Notes: generated by a model not told the origin, from the letters alone. A stretch of 64,000 nt of DNA from Verrucomicrobiota bacterium (GCA_013285985.1 JABDGR010000001.1:67-64066), one strand, 5' to 3'; positions 15,001-21,765 are shown, counted from the first letter of the stretch. A program made the numbers and translations.

Positions 15001-18000
15001 CACCGACACCCCACCCCCGCCCGCCAGTGCGCGTGCCGACAGCACCACATCATTGCTGTTCGTGATGAAGGACACACAGCCCGAGCCGATGCCGGTCGTG
15101 GTGTTCATTACTGCACTGACGTCCGTGGTGGTTCCCGGCGCCCAAATCAGGGCCGCATTGTTGACCGTGACGCTGGCGTTCGCCGGGTTGCCGAACACAT
15201 TATTCGAATTGAAATTGATGCCGCCACCACCGCTGATGGTGGTTGTGCCGTTGTAGGTGTTGGTACCCGTCAGGGTCAGGATGCCGGTGCCCACTTTGGT
15301 GAAGCTGCCGGACACCACGTTGGTGTCGGTCAAGGCGCCCGTGTAGGTCGTATTCGCGTTGTTCAGGCCGACCGTGAGGTTCATCGCGGCGTTGGAGGCG
15401 TTGGACAAGTCGATGTTGTTGCTTCCGCTCAAGCCACCCAGGGTCGCATTCGTCAGCGCCAGGAAGCTGACATTGCCATCACCTATGTTGGTCTGCAGAG
15501 TGCTATTGGCCAGCGCGAGGTTACTGCCCAGGAACAACGTACCGCCGCTGTTGACCACAGTGACGCCGTTAAAGGTGTTATTGCCCGACAGCGTCAAGTT
15601 ACCCACGCCGGTCTTGGTCAATCCGCCCGTGCCGGACAGTATGGCCGAGATCGTCTCATCGCTCGTGTTCGTGTCCAGCGTGCTCGTGCCGCCATTGATG
15701 AAATTGGTGGAGAGCGTCCCACCGGCATTGGAGCTGACGTTGGCAATGGGGGCAAACATGTTGCCCGAACCGGCCGCAATGGTCACCATCGAGGCGAGGG
15801 TCGTGTTGCCTTGGAGTAAGGCGAGGAGTTGCTGCCCGGTGGTGGTGACGGTGCCGTTGGTGGTGGCCAGTTGCACATTAATCGTGGTGCCGCTGATGCT
15901 CAGGCCCAGGGATTGGTTGCCCGAACCGGTGCCGTTGGCAAACGTGGCATTGCCGATCAGGTTGAGGAGGAGATTGTTGCCATTCGCAGCGTAGACCGTG
16001 CTGTTGGTTCCGATAGCCGTCAGGTTGATGACGTTATTGAAGTTGCTGGACGAGACGCCGTTCGCGAGGAGGTTGTTAATGATGCTGGCCGTGGCATTGC
16101 CGATGGTCAGGTTCGAATTCAACTGGCTGGAAATGTTTGTCTGCGTGTTGACGGCCCATTGCAGAGTGCCGCCCAGCAAGGTGACATTGCCCGTGCCCAA
16201 GGCTTGCAGGCTGTTGAAGTTAAGTATGCCGCCATTAACGATGACGCCGCCCGAGAATGTGTTGTTGGCCACCAATGACAACGTGCCGGTGTCCACCTTC
16301 ATCAAAGATCCATTGCCGGAGAGCGACGAGGCGAATTGGACGTTGCTGCCATTCGTGTCGAAAACGTCGTTGCCCGAATTCGGCGAAATATTGCCCACCA
16401 AGCCGCCGAACTTGCCATTGATCTGGCCCGAGATGTCCTCGTTCGTTCCCGACGCCCATTGCAGGCCGCCGTTCAGCAGGGTAATATTGCCCGAGCCAAA
16501 ATTCGTCGGCGAATTGAAGTTAATCAGCCCGCCATTGGCCACCGTGCCACCGGAATAGATGCTGGTGCCGGTCAGCGTCAAAATGCCCGTGCCCGACTTG
16601 ATTAGATTACCCGAGCCGAAAAGCTGGCCGCCGTACGTCGAATTCTGCGAGCCCTGAATGACCAGGCTGATGGGGTTGCCGGTGGCGGGATTCGTCAGCG
16701 CAAAGGGCAAAATGCTGGTCAAACCACCGAGGCGCACGACGGGCTGGGTGCCATAATTGATGGTGCCGTTTTGGTAGACCAAGGTCGCGTTCTGCAGCTC
16801 ATTTTCCGTGGCGCTGATGTCGAGGGTGCCGCCGGTGAGGGTAACATTGCCATTAAAAGTGTTGTTGTTAGGATTGTTAAATTTGACTGTGTTGTTGCCC
16901 GCGGCGGTGCCGCCCGCCAGCGCAGTCGCAGTCAGGTTTGCCAGCGCTATGGTCCCATTGCCGGTGTTGGCGGAGGGGCCGGCCTCCAGCGTCACCGTGG
17001 CATTGGCCAGGAGCGCCGTACCGTTGGCCCCCAAGCTTCCATTGCCCAACGCGGTCAAAAATAGTGACGCGGTTGTGGTGGGTGTACCACTGGTAGTGGC
17101 TAGATTGATCGTAAAGGTCGTCACCGCGCCGACGGTAGAGCACGAAATCGAAAGCGGAACGGTGCCCGTATTAATCACATAGGCAATTTTTATGTTGTTG
17201 CCCACCGTGCCCGGCGTCACCGAGGTGAACGTCAGGCCGCTCTGCCCGGTCGTCCCCGACGTGGCGTTGGCAAAGCCCGTGTTCAACGCCGCGGTAGCAC
17301 CGGGGGTGGCACCGTTCAGGGTGATGTTGCCCGAACCGGAAATGACGCCGGAGAAAGTCACCGAGCCGTTTTCACTGACCGTCATGTTCGCGTTGTCCAC
17401 AATGGCATAGTCCACGGTGGAGTTGCTGGTGTTCGCATAACTGCCCGTTGTAAAGTTGCCGTATTGCAACGTGCCGCCGTTAATGAACATGGTGCCCAAG
17501 CTCACGAGGGAGCCGTTGGAATTCGCGCTCTTCAGCGTGAAGTTTCCATCAGCCAGGGTCAGGGTGCCAAGGCCGGCCTTGATGATGTCAACCGTAGTGA
17601 AAGAACCGGCGGTGTTGGTGCTTACAACACCGGCGGTCATGGGATTCGCCGCAAAGGTGATGTTGTTGCCGTTCGTGTCGAAAGTATTAAAGATGGTGGT
17701 GTTGGCCTGAATGTTGCCGGTGGTTCCGACCGAGCCGCCGATGCTGGCGCCGGACATGCGGAGGGAAAGGTCCCCGTTATCCCCCGGAACCGTATTGGAA
17801 AAGCCGGTCGCCGGATTAATATAGTTGGGCGCCCATTGCAAGGTGCCGCCATCCATCTGGATGGCGGGCAGCGTGCCCGCCGAGGTGGGACCGCCAAAAT
17901 TATTCAATTGGTTAAAATCAATCGTGCCGCCGCTGCTGAACAGGGTCGCGCCGGTGGTGGCGTTGGTGTTCGTCGGCGTAATGGTGGTGGTGCCGCTGAA

Positions 18001-19800
18001 GGTGTTGTTGCCCGTCAGGGTCAGGGTGCCCGTCCCGGTCTTGATCAAGGTGCCGATGGCCGAGGTGTTGGCATTATTACCCGTCAACACGCCGCTATAG
18101 GTTGTGTTCTGGCTGTTCGTCCCGATGGTGTAGGCGACGGACTGCTGCCCGTTGAAGGTCAGTGCGAGGTTTTGGTTGCCGTTCAAGCCACCCAGGGTGA
18201 CGTTGGTAATCGTGGCCGCGCTCAAGGCGATGGCGCCGCCCGGGGTGACATAGTTCAGCGTCGCGTTCTGCAACGAAAGATTGGTGCCCAGGGTCAGGAC
18301 GAGGCCGGAGGCAATGTTCACCGTGCCGCTAAAGGTATTCGTCGCATTGAACTCCGTGCCGTTGACGGCCGCACTGCCGTTGACGATATTAATGATGCCA
18401 TTGCCGGAGATCGCGCCGCCAAAGACCACTGCATCCGCCGTGCTCTCATTGATGGTTAACACACCGTTATCGACGATGGCACCTCCGATGTTCACTTTAC
18501 CACCCGAGATGTTACCGCCGCCAACCGTGCCAAAATTGCTGGTGCTGCTTCCGCCAGTGCCCAGTTGCAGTGTGCCGCCCGCATTAATGGTCGTTGACCC
18601 AGTGTAATTGTTCAGGGTCGCGTTTACTGCTGCCGCCGAGCCCGTGAAAATCACCGTGTCCGGGGCAACCAGGGTCACCGCACCAGCACCGGTAATGTGG
18701 TTCGTAAACGTGGTGTTACCCGCCTGGTCGAACGTCAGCGTGCCGCCGTCATTCACGTTGCCGGTTAACGTGGCATTATTCGTAAAGTTGCCCAACTGGA
18801 CGGTGCCGGCGCTGATGACCAGGGTGGTGCCGTTGGCGGTCGACGTGCCAAAGTTATCCGTGCCAACCAGGATGATGCGGCCGTTGCTGCCCGCCTTGGT
18901 CAGGAGCCCCTGGCCAACCACATTGTTCAAGGTCAGGTTGGTGCCGTTGTCGGTGAAGGTCGAGTTGGCGGTAATGTTCACCCCGCTGTTAAAGGTCATC
19001 GTGTTGTTGCCCGTGCCCGCGTAGACGAAGTTGTTCTGGACGATTACCGGGGTCGAAAGCACGATCGCCGTGTTGCCGCTGTTGTTGATGTTGCCGCCGG
19101 TGATGACCAGGTTACCCGCACCCGCCGCCCCGTTGTTGTTCAGGAACAGCGTGCCCGAGTTGAAAGTCAGATTGCCGCCGAAGGTATTCACTCCCGAGAG
19201 CACCACCGTGCCGATGCTCGTGTTGGTGCCGCCGATTTCCAGGCCGAAATGGCTGCCGCCATCGCTGATGATCCCGGTCACGTTCAGCGTGGTCGAAGTG
19301 CCGGAAACCCATTGCTGCGTCGCCGCCAACACCACGTTCGCCGCCAGGTTCAGGTTTTGCGTCGAGTTGCTCAAATCAATGCCGATGGGGGTGGTCGTGT
19401 CCAGCAGGGGCCCGGTTTGAAACCCGGTTGCGAGGCCGGCGAGTGTCAGGTTCGCGGTCAGATTGCTCAGATTGGGCGCAATGGTGACGGTGCCCTGCGG
19501 ATTCAGAAGCTGGATTGCGCCGAACGTGACCCCGTTGCCCACCGTCACGGTCGTGTTGAACGATTCGACGGTTCCGTTCCAAATTCCCAAGTCAGTCGCG
19601 GTCGGCGTGGTGTCGCCGCCGACGCCGGGAATCCAACTCGTGGCCGTGTCGAGCGCGGCGTTGGTGTCCGCCTTGAAGATGGTGTTTTGCGCGTGGACGC
19701 CGGGGGGCGCGAACAACGCGGCCAGCAGGGCGGCCAAAACAAAGGTGGTCCCGAGCCGGAGTTTGTTCCGGCGGTGGTAGGTTTGGAGGGGGACGTTCAT
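1..19800 (-). CDS. Giant secreted beta-strand-repeat protein (autotransporter-associated beta strand repeat / PATR type), first 6,600 codons; C-terminus lies beyond the left window edge
   Basis: The rc ATG at 19800 opens MNVPLQTYHRRNKLRLGTTFVLAALLAALFAPPGVHAQ (signal-peptide-like). Hand translation of the same minus frame at 17040-16981, 12060-12001, 7320-7201, 3060-3001 and 60-1 stays open and gives PATR text, e.g. GSGSLTKIGSGMLTLSGTNTYTGNTTLNGGTLNLD and GGLIKIGNATLTLNGTNN. None of the listed minus ORFs in 1-19800 is in this frame, as expected if the frame reaches no stop before position 1. Confidence 0.85.
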   Translation of the reverse strand, partial: MNVPLQTYHRRNKLRLGTTFVLAALLAALFAPPGVHAQNTIFKADTNAALDTATSWIPGVGGDTTPTATDLGIWNGTVESFNTTVTVGNGVTFGAIQLLNPQGTVTIAPNLSNLTANLTLAGLATGFQTGPLLDTTTPIGIDLSNSTQNLNLAANVVLAATQQWVSGTSTTLNVTGIISDGGSHFGLEIGGTNTSIGTVVLSGVNTFGGNLTFNSGTLFLNNNGAAGAGNLVITGGNINNSGNTAIVLSTPVIVQNNFVYAGTGNNTMTFNSGVNITANSTFTDNGTNLTLNNVVGQGLLTKAGSNGRIILVGTDNFGTSTANGTTLVISAGTVQLGNFTNNATLTGNVNDGGTLTFDQAGNTTFTNHITGAGAVTLVAPDTVIFTGSAAAVNATLNNYTGSTTINAGGTLQLGTGGSSTSNFGTVGGGNISGGKVNIGGAIVDNGVLTINESTADAVVFGGAISGNGIINIVNGSAAVNGTEFNATNTFSGTVNIASGLVLTLGTNLSLQNATLNYVTPGGAIALSAATITNVTLGGLNGNQNLALTFNGQQSVAYTIGTNSQNTTYSGVLTGNNANTSAIGTLIKTGTGTLTLTGNNTFSGTTTITPTNTNATTGATLFSSGGTIDFNQLNNFGGPTSAGTLPAIQMDGGTLQWAPNYINPATGFSNTVPGDNGDLSLRMSGASIGGSVGTTGNIQANTTIFNTFDTNGNNITFAANPMTAGVVSTNTAGSFTTVDIIKAGLGTLTLADGNFTLKSANSNGSLVSLGTMFINGGTLQYGNFTTGSYANTSNSTVDYAIVDNANMTVSENGSVTFSGVISGSGNITLNGATPGATAALNTGFANATSGTTGQSGLTFTSVTPGTVGNNIKIAYVINTGTVPLSISCSTVGAVTTFTINLATTSGTPTTTASLFLTALGNGSLGANGTALLANATVTLEAGPSANTGNGTIALANLTATALAGGTAAGNNTVKFNNPNNNTFNGNVTLTGGTLDISATENELQNATLVYQNGTINYGTQPVVRLGGLTSILPFALTNPATGNPISLVIQGSQNSTYGGQLFGSGNLIKSGTGILTLTGTSIYSGGTVANGGLINFNSPTNFGSGNITLLNGGLQWASGTNEDISGQINGKFGGLVGNISPNSGNDVFDTNGSNVQFASSLSGNGSLMKVDTGTLSLVANNTFSGGVIVNGGILNFNSLQALGTGNVTLLGGTLQWAVNTQTNISSQLNSNLTIGNATASIINNLLANGVSSSNFNNVINLTAIGTNSTVYAANGNNLLLNLIGNATFANGTGSGNQSLGLSISGTTINVQLATTNGTVTTTGQQLLALLQGNTTLASMVTIAAGSGNMFAPIANVSSNAGGTLSTNFINGGTSTLDTNTSDETISAILSGTGGLTKTGVGNLTLSGNNTFNGVTVVNSGGTLFLGSNLALANSTLQTNIGDGNVSFLALTNATLGGLSGSNNIDLSNASNAAMNLTVGLNNANTTYTGALTDTNVVSGSFTKVGTGILTLTGTNTYNGTTTISGGGGINFNSNNVFGNPANASVTVNNAALIWAPGTTTDVSAVMNTTTGIGSGCVSFITNSNDVVLSARALAGGGGVSVVGGNGSVTYTQTETYTGDTSILSGTLKLGNITNAGSIAGNILDDGDLVFNEPSATTYSKAITGSGNVEVNQGTPASIITNPGSNTNIIYRSQAIGTAGNGIQVAYVAPTFAYLANQPVTVAFGSNTLTVTLGTDNTGTAANLTTTFGNNADVTFTANSTAWFGQQGSNIAIVYSSANANNPTANLSITSNTITVNLATSGGVITSNSSSIVTLINTNPTAAAFVTASLPVGSTGAGNVSALTSTALAGGTNPNFSNAAAVVAAINGNATSNATVIAGIGSGSDGTGVLSATGGSPFTLGNGAAPAQSTLTLSGVNSYTGVTNVDAGTLVLGNPQALQNSILGLNSGAGNFSFGTQTSATMGGLSGNGSLALVTQAGDNPVTLTLGQGGASSTFSGTISGNIGNGSGSLIKVGAGTLTLSGNNTYAGGTVVEGGLIDFNSLKNFGNGPANSLTLLGGGIQWAPNTATDLSSILNPVLNSGPTSDLNTLDSNGNNVQVTTPFSGVGGIIKVGSGCVTLLGNNVYLGPTIISAGTLQLGNGATNGQLSFSALTDNSLLVFREGTDSVLTTVLSGLGALTQAGSTNLTLTNVNTFTGNTTITAGSLVIANSLALQNSTISYSNGTPVGNLIFGNVSTPITAATLGGLSGNRDLILQEGSLYAGSGVALTVGANNNSTTYSGNLSGTGGSLIKVGTGTLTLGNTSVLSGTGNNTYTGGTVMDNGVLVINSTAAATTNANLTIGSGGITWNGGTIQTVSGGLFDITGSCITVGNFINATATPVLTLNLTPSGAGIVLATPITGGNQTLNIQDFKSTVTITANETFTGQLIVTTNGTSNATANATTLSLGNASVGTGVGVAGNLAGSIQVGANNTTLIFNEPGTAGSKFVFNANISSSATPTNGTTGFLTQNSLPDLDLGGTSTFNGTVSINAGAGNIILDNPLALGNATFNSVNTGSQLEFGGGALGNPQLGALSGAENFTLKDLNGNVVTLTVGNNGSNFTYTGILTGAGGSLNKIGGGCMTIVGAQTYSGPTGFGAGTLQLGNGTNLGSVASTSFNGSGILDFDGTASTQTLGTSGTPVTIVGVGGQLIVNGTSGYVVNFTGDASGMTGTTTVAKNNSLQLNNSVSVAITNPVTQVVTVSNFAPLGGAISDAGTLILAIPGTNTISNAISSNGSLNITAGTDTFTANNSFNGTVNIGNGATAILGSPLAFFNATVNITNLVATNNGTLSFAGLPAGTTSANIGALSGNENLDISNLNFNVGFVASTTYSGVLSSSNGQANLTMTGNNTSFTLTSPQTYNGTTTVINGSLILGNQTQNPATLLSTSTGCITVTSNGSVNSTLTFNGTNAAATFSQVVIGNGGIVVGGKSGQILTINSTQLYTGATNVSANNQLTIGDGATGSIASGSTFNDSGTINFNQPAGQQIITNNWTGAGSLALLGVSNIDLTPTTTSLNGTVTIAQGANLTLGTNIALQNATLNITLLNAATNGSFSFGSLTNASIGGLTGNVNLALSNNVSAPVALTIGNTPTATSNYNGTLTGSAVITKAGSNNQAFSGNLDTTGGVNINGGTLTLNGTTSNGFTGNVIVTGASVNFTINGAFGNSTNSAPQATNQLELNGGTLVFGATTLDPTNSATGVPNLLATNGLLGGTNIFSLGANSTTISGNIGGLGNLTVSTSGVGVLTLAGMGTFTGFTNISTGTLTLANTSALGGSTFNATTGKLLFGTPTAYTFGGLSGTVANGSALTLTSSGGSAVTLTIGNNNQSTTFTGLINSTAASNAANLVKIGTGTLTLAQGANASNISIPNAFLGTTTINGGFIDFSTLGVFGSNTTANTTAHPLGTTGAEITLSGGGLQWATGAIIDMTRDVVLGGSSTTLDSFDTNGNNEQLSYNLLNGSGVFGKAGNGTLTITQPETWTGTSGGAGTVISGGTLQIGNGTLLGGTGTNTTVPSLPTTGILDNANLSIVAGSAQTISSVISGTGNLTINGTNVGRASLDTSNVLGAGVANGNLTFTAVAPGTGNIPQINFVAGSGANIPTSVAVTGNQIVVTLGTNGSSVVNATAAQVLNLLVNNSTVSALVNVQLGFGDNAGALGGAAVVGTFTNGLTPLTGGTAGTTTVTLSGTNTFNGTTNIAAGTLALGSNLALQNSTLSYNVGNGNLSFGLLNNASLGGLTGTKDISLNVTNPVALTVGNNNSSTTYTGNLTGTGGSLIKAGTGILTLRGTADSYTAGTSITGGLINFNNLNEFGTGTITLGGGGVQFAVGTITDISPNLSLASGLDTIDTNILNNITFNTGLHGGGTLVKAGGGTLNFAVQNFYTGGTVINNGLINWGSLTDFGTGLVTLAGGGLQWGSLNTLDISPIISSLNLGNDTFDTGANTVTLGTAMPGTGTLVKAGSGTLILANNTVQGYNGSTIITAGTLQLGNGTSNGTFNQGQNSFSNVVDNGTLLFNENESLQFNGTISGTGNLTQSGSGNTLTLAVNNTFNGTTTITAGTLLLGANLALQNSTLNYITGGNLSFGTLVNATLGGLSGTKTLDLENSGNVGEALIVGANNANTTYSGALTDNASLHLIGSGSLTKIGSGMLTLSGTNTYTGNTTLNGGTLNLDSAGALAPTGVLVVNNGTLVNGLGGTFSIANPTNLSGNVNFNQGNFLFTSASSDTLGTNTTVTLNGTTVTMNGTVNQSGNGETLSVAGAGTFAFTGAANLSSNLNAAHLLVTGNVVNLNIGTGGLVTVNSTGNLGFASIATTPGDNITVTLSGSGQYISNLELALGNIGAALGTTNTTLNIGGTANLTANDLNLSKGTTQDDPTDLSISKVVQTGGNVVLTGNGVGLPGSGNATNPVNYTLILGDQSKMTLGSAKASYALDGGNLTTIGIIAANLGTTVNSSATLILGGGNLIAAGNNPNFITGLTSIIDTSGGGAVFNTNGFNITLSQNLVHDSTLGGSVDGGLTKLGTGMLTLGTNQVDTYTGNTTINAGTLGVSADAAFGGNVASTILFNGTSTLQANGNFTLTKTRIISLAGGVTGTVNTSVNNVTFGGLITGTGGLTVTGNGTLQLFGFNNYTGTTTVNSGTLLLNFNSPGAPATNIIGNGVSPTNLVLNGPGTLAVQGIVVPGQTNSQTFASTTVNGGTGIANVTLAGAASGAGPILNLNFGTMSRTTGGLLYLSDAGSDASLSTNLPSVVAGTGVSGNNNLTFVANSTNEVGAQGNGITISYVNPGANNAAANLSITGTNIIVNLSTDSSGNLIASNNQASVILGLFNSNVTAENLVTASLTNPQVNSGLGSVTTLSTVNLTGGVNVTTGTLTFQASSNATLSHTPVANANGTPFVVLNTLTSTDWGAYASSSGTSSIVAMAGTGGYTNVNAVTQLTNSVHNANVTTITDPGTPVTASNLQLSTLSFLQATGDVSLNGAVTVSVGGILVSPSMGSNNVNLTGMNYQPLAAGDDILIVENDTSNNEGLLIDSGRITGTTTNLVKAGAGLVLFGDDPTNSETPFGGATFLDQGVITLFSPGANNNAPNKFLSNSIINFQGGGLTAADSDTYLGGFAGSANNPDSLGAVTIHLTPASNANPVYSGSLTGLNLSIEGPGSQTLTGSVAGFTGGVFLNGGTLNVGSATVFSNGSVATNLYLQGGGLDNTSGANMTLTAPAFTIVNGGVVFGNVSTASNLSLGTGNYALIGDSTFNIVNPSSTLTIAGVIAGNFNNDGISVDTNSISGFYPSFNSNNTLIKTGPGTLVLSANNANVTSNVAVTNGIPSEGFVGNIVVLGGNLSFGVLANGAVTDNTLGGGNTATGTSGNLTFNGTVGTITLAGGTLNSAANLSQSGGALNPLANLTLNANRTIDAGNASTAVGSINIGSNLTMTYGGNIVNGAGAVAGAVALIGNGTLLITGNTNTMGGGFVINSGTLDVNVNITNTTTSLPSPNFSDGAFGSASAPLTFSGSGTLLTGNAIDLQSGHNVVVGTGVTGTLNVTNALTFEGNIIGPGVSGAGGGGLIKIGNATLTLNGTNNVYVGGFTLSAGTLDFLSATALGSGTFTINGGSFDNTAVTSLTLSVPLVINNGFTYLGSAEGLSFGTSTVTLNTTPNIVVANNTLTMDGIVSGSFGLTKSGAGTLQLGGANSYTGTTSVLGGTLTLDHTQASAPQNNMLNAGATLVLDGGNLTILGKSNTTNTESVSNTTLAGGAILSLTNNGSGTGGSAGVLTMNLSTLTRNPGGALELVTNSVSGANSANVNAVAIPQSPAGSMITDFITGAPYVIVNGIDFGARSASGNFIVPYSTVATDPAHPYFGDQPADATTVLGGSLGGLGVNTDIPGSNTNAINASGSFTLNTLRFSHPNGGNGNTLNLGSNVLAVNGILVTSGVVGDATINNVNILNGTLEAGTAGGELFIATYATNTGAGNTGPVNTTINSTIVDNGGKPSSLTMFGNGSLVLDGVNTFSGTLFDAGGNLTLNSNGSSNSQAAQNATLDVDNQGGNFLFGPNIVTANIGGLIGNGTLNLMNTNGPSNAPTPQPVTLNFGPPAGVFDVFGGSLTGTGGVVINGPGQQTLSGVSSFSGGVILNGGTLSIGGGAGSTALGTGNFTINAGNIDAPAGNTSLTSVPVTLNTSLLNYVGTGNLSLGTGNFTFGGNSSIPNDFNFNVAANTLTIGGAMLGTSNIGKSGPGTLVLGGNSSNLTTSNITSWTISGGVVSISSNTALGPSPATSGNLTGNTGAYHFVNLTGSGNGTVNASNTLQYYDFNGNLQTLNSATIGTLQATASVAMGENASINIQGNGIINVVTGATMDLTENNSTLGDITPLQGSGNLFKTGGGVLGVGGTPLSTGTTVVNSTFTGNIYLLAGSLGPDQSTTLSGNIWGQAGSTFVFMEGNGVTNFYASNGASDATSYILTPSPISSNNTSIFQNPPGGQNGSITGQIRSTDSNVTLELLLTSTGTLSVNGNMTGFNGTVALDIPTAVSTNIRPQTGTGALGGNATTTYNGNSVSPNGAVVNGIQVTPTAPGVANLTFPNFAGTG

Positions 19801-20542
19801 ATCGCGGTGAGCTTGCGAGGTTGAATTATTCGCCTTCGGATTCCTTGCCGCCACTTGACGTGGCGTAAAAAATTCGGGGCGGGAGTTTTTTATTTTTAAA
19901 GGGAAGGGGTAAGGGGGAAAATCTATTCGCGGCTCGATTTCACACTCGGCTCAACGCGCTTGCACCGGGGAAAATCCGCCGCAGCAGGGGGATTTCCCGA
20001 GGGAAGACAGCAGGCGTGTCACGAATTGGAAACGGGCATTCATCGGCGTAATAATCGTTATTAGCGGACGGGGTAAAGCGGTGGGGTGATGAGGGCTGAA
20101 CGCGGCATTCCCGTAATCCGTTTGGGAACACTCGCGTTGTGGGGTGGAGGTAGTTCTTCCGCAGCTAGGTTCCATTATTGTAAAAAAATTGTAGGCTGCA
20201 ACAGTATTCTTCGTTTTTTTTGACCTTTTTTTCAGAGCGAAAACGGCCCTTGCCAGCCCCTCCCCAAAATTGAGCCTTTTTGCCCACATAATAACGTTAA
20301 ATAAAATAGGTAAATGCCCATTTGCTCACAATTCCGATCACTCTCAACTCGTTGGCAATGAGAGCAACCGCCGGGTTATTCACATTTTTGGCACATATTT
20401 GGTCGATTTTACGCCTACTAGGTTTCGCCTTATTCGCATGGGTATAAATACCCAGACAAAAATGGGTGTTTTACCCCATAAACCATCCCCCGACTGCCCA
20501 ATTGACCGGCCGGAGTCAATTTCGTGATTTTTGTTAAACAAT

Positions 20543-20562
20543 AATATTATTATAATAATATT
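20543..20562. repeat. Perfect 20-bp all-A/T palindrome AATATTATTA|TAATAATATT followed by a T-rich run; function unknown (operator or AU hairpin)
   Basis: Read directly; the sequence is its own reverse complement. It lies 103 nt downstream of the radical SAM stop, in the long leader region of the giant gene. Confidence 0.8.
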
Positions 20563-20664
20563 TTTAATTTTTATTAGGACGAATGCCCCGATCGAAGCAC
20601 AATTTCGAGTTCTCTGAAGCTAACGCATTATAAATTAGGAAAAACACGACCTGATCCCGCCGCT

Positions 20665-21765
20665 TCACCCCCACCCGGCCAGCTCCGACTGGATCGGACC
20701 GGGGCGACGAAATGCATCTGTGTTTAACTCCAAAAGACGCGGCGTCAATCCGGCCTTCCGACAAGCCAGTTCGAACATTCCAGTGAAGGTTTCCGGCCAA
20801 ATTCCTTCGCCGGTCATGCGAGTTCCAAACCGGGCGTCACTTAGGCGGCCAGTCCTGCCGCGCAAATCTTGGAGCCGTTGGACAACCCGCTCTTTTTTGC
20901 CGGGAAACTCGCGGTCAAGCCAGCCGAGGAATAATTCCTTCACGGCGTAGGGCAGCCGCAATACTTGGAAATGGGCGAAGTGTGCCCCGGCGTTGGTGGC
21001 GGCTAAAATCATCTCCGCCATCTCTGCGTCGTTGAGTCCGGGAATGATTGGAGCGAGGTTTACCCCCACCGGCACACCGGCTTCCGCCAGGCGCGAAACC
21101 GTCTCCAATCGTTGCCGGGGCGAGACCGTCCGCGGTTCCATCCGCCGGGCCAAATCCGCATCCAAAGATGTCAGTGATACCAGTACCGCGGCACCGTGCC
21201 AACGCGCCATTTCGGAGAGTATATCCACATCGCGTGTGACCAGCGCATTCTTGGTCACGATGGTCACCGGATTGCGGTAACGCGCCAGCAGTTCCAGGCA
21301 ACGCCGGGTCAGGCTGAACCGGCGCTCGGCTGGCTGGTAGCAATCGGTCACCCCGCTCATGTTGACCCACGCCGGCTCCCAGCGCGGGTGTTCCAAGGCG
21401 GCCTCGAGCAGTGCCGGCGCGCGTTCCTTGACCATGATCTTGGTCTCAAAATCCAGCCCGGAGCTGAAGCCGAGGTATTCGTGGGTTGGCCGGGCGTAAC
21501 AGTAGATACAACCATGTTCGCAACCGCGATAGGGGTTGATGCTCTTACGGAAGGGGATGTCGGGGCTGTTGTTCTCGCTTATAATAGACTGCGAGATATC
21601 GGGGATGAAAACGGTGTCCGTGCGGCGCGGCTCCATGAGCTCCTCGGCAGGCAGTTGGTCCCAATCCGAGGTCGAACTAACAGACTCAAAACGATTGCGC
21701 GGATTATCCTGAGCGCCTCGGCCACGTTTTTGGGCAACAGGAGGAATAATGGGCTTATCCGGCAT
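20665..21765 (-). CDS. Radical SAM protein, PA0069-like family
   Basis: CEHGCIYC (CxxxCxxC) cluster motif preceded by KRGRGAQDNPRNRFE, an N-terminal box I associate with the PA0069-type family. The track ORF (to 21804) starts on TTG; in-frame ATGs at 21774 and 21765 are more plausible starts. Confidence 0.8.
   Translation of the reverse strand: MPDKPIIPPVAQKRGRGAQDNPRNRFESVSSTSDWDQLPAEELMEPRRTDTVFIPDISQSIISENNSPDIPFRKSINPYRGCEHGCIYCYARPTHEYLGFSSGLDFETKIMVKERAPALLEAALEHPRWEPAWVNMSGVTDCYQPAERRFSLTRRCLELLARYRNPVTIVTKNALVTRDVDILSEMARWHGAAVLVSLTSLDADLARRMEPRTVSPRQRLETVSRLAEAGVPVGVNLAPIIPGLNDAEMAEMILAATNAGAHFAHFQVLRLPYAVKELFLGWLDREFPGKKERVVQRLQDLRGRTGRLSDARFGTRMTGEGIWPETFTGMFELACRKAGLTPRLLELNTDAFRRPGPIQSELAGWG

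Noticed and set aside
1396-18459. Long plus-strand ORFs over the giant gene (e.g. 1396..3366 at 656 aa, 6736..8484 at 582 aa, 8581..9708, 17464..18459)
   Set aside because: They are Arg/Ala/Gly/Val-rich low-complexity translations antisense to a frame that gives coherent PATR repeats with a signal peptide. These are typical shadow ORFs of high-GC repeat genes, with no recognisable motifs.
20389-20404. Sigma-54-like TGGCAC-N5-TGGTC
   Set aside because: The -12 element does not match TTGC(A/T), and there is no plus-strand gene downstream.
19951-20527. Small ORFs 19951..20289 (-) and 20270..20527 (+) in the leader region
   Set aside because: No recognisable motifs; one starts on TTG; both lie in compositionally odd non-coding-looking DNA. 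The A/T palindrome plus T-run after 20527 could end a plus-strand transcript, but that is not enough to call a gene.
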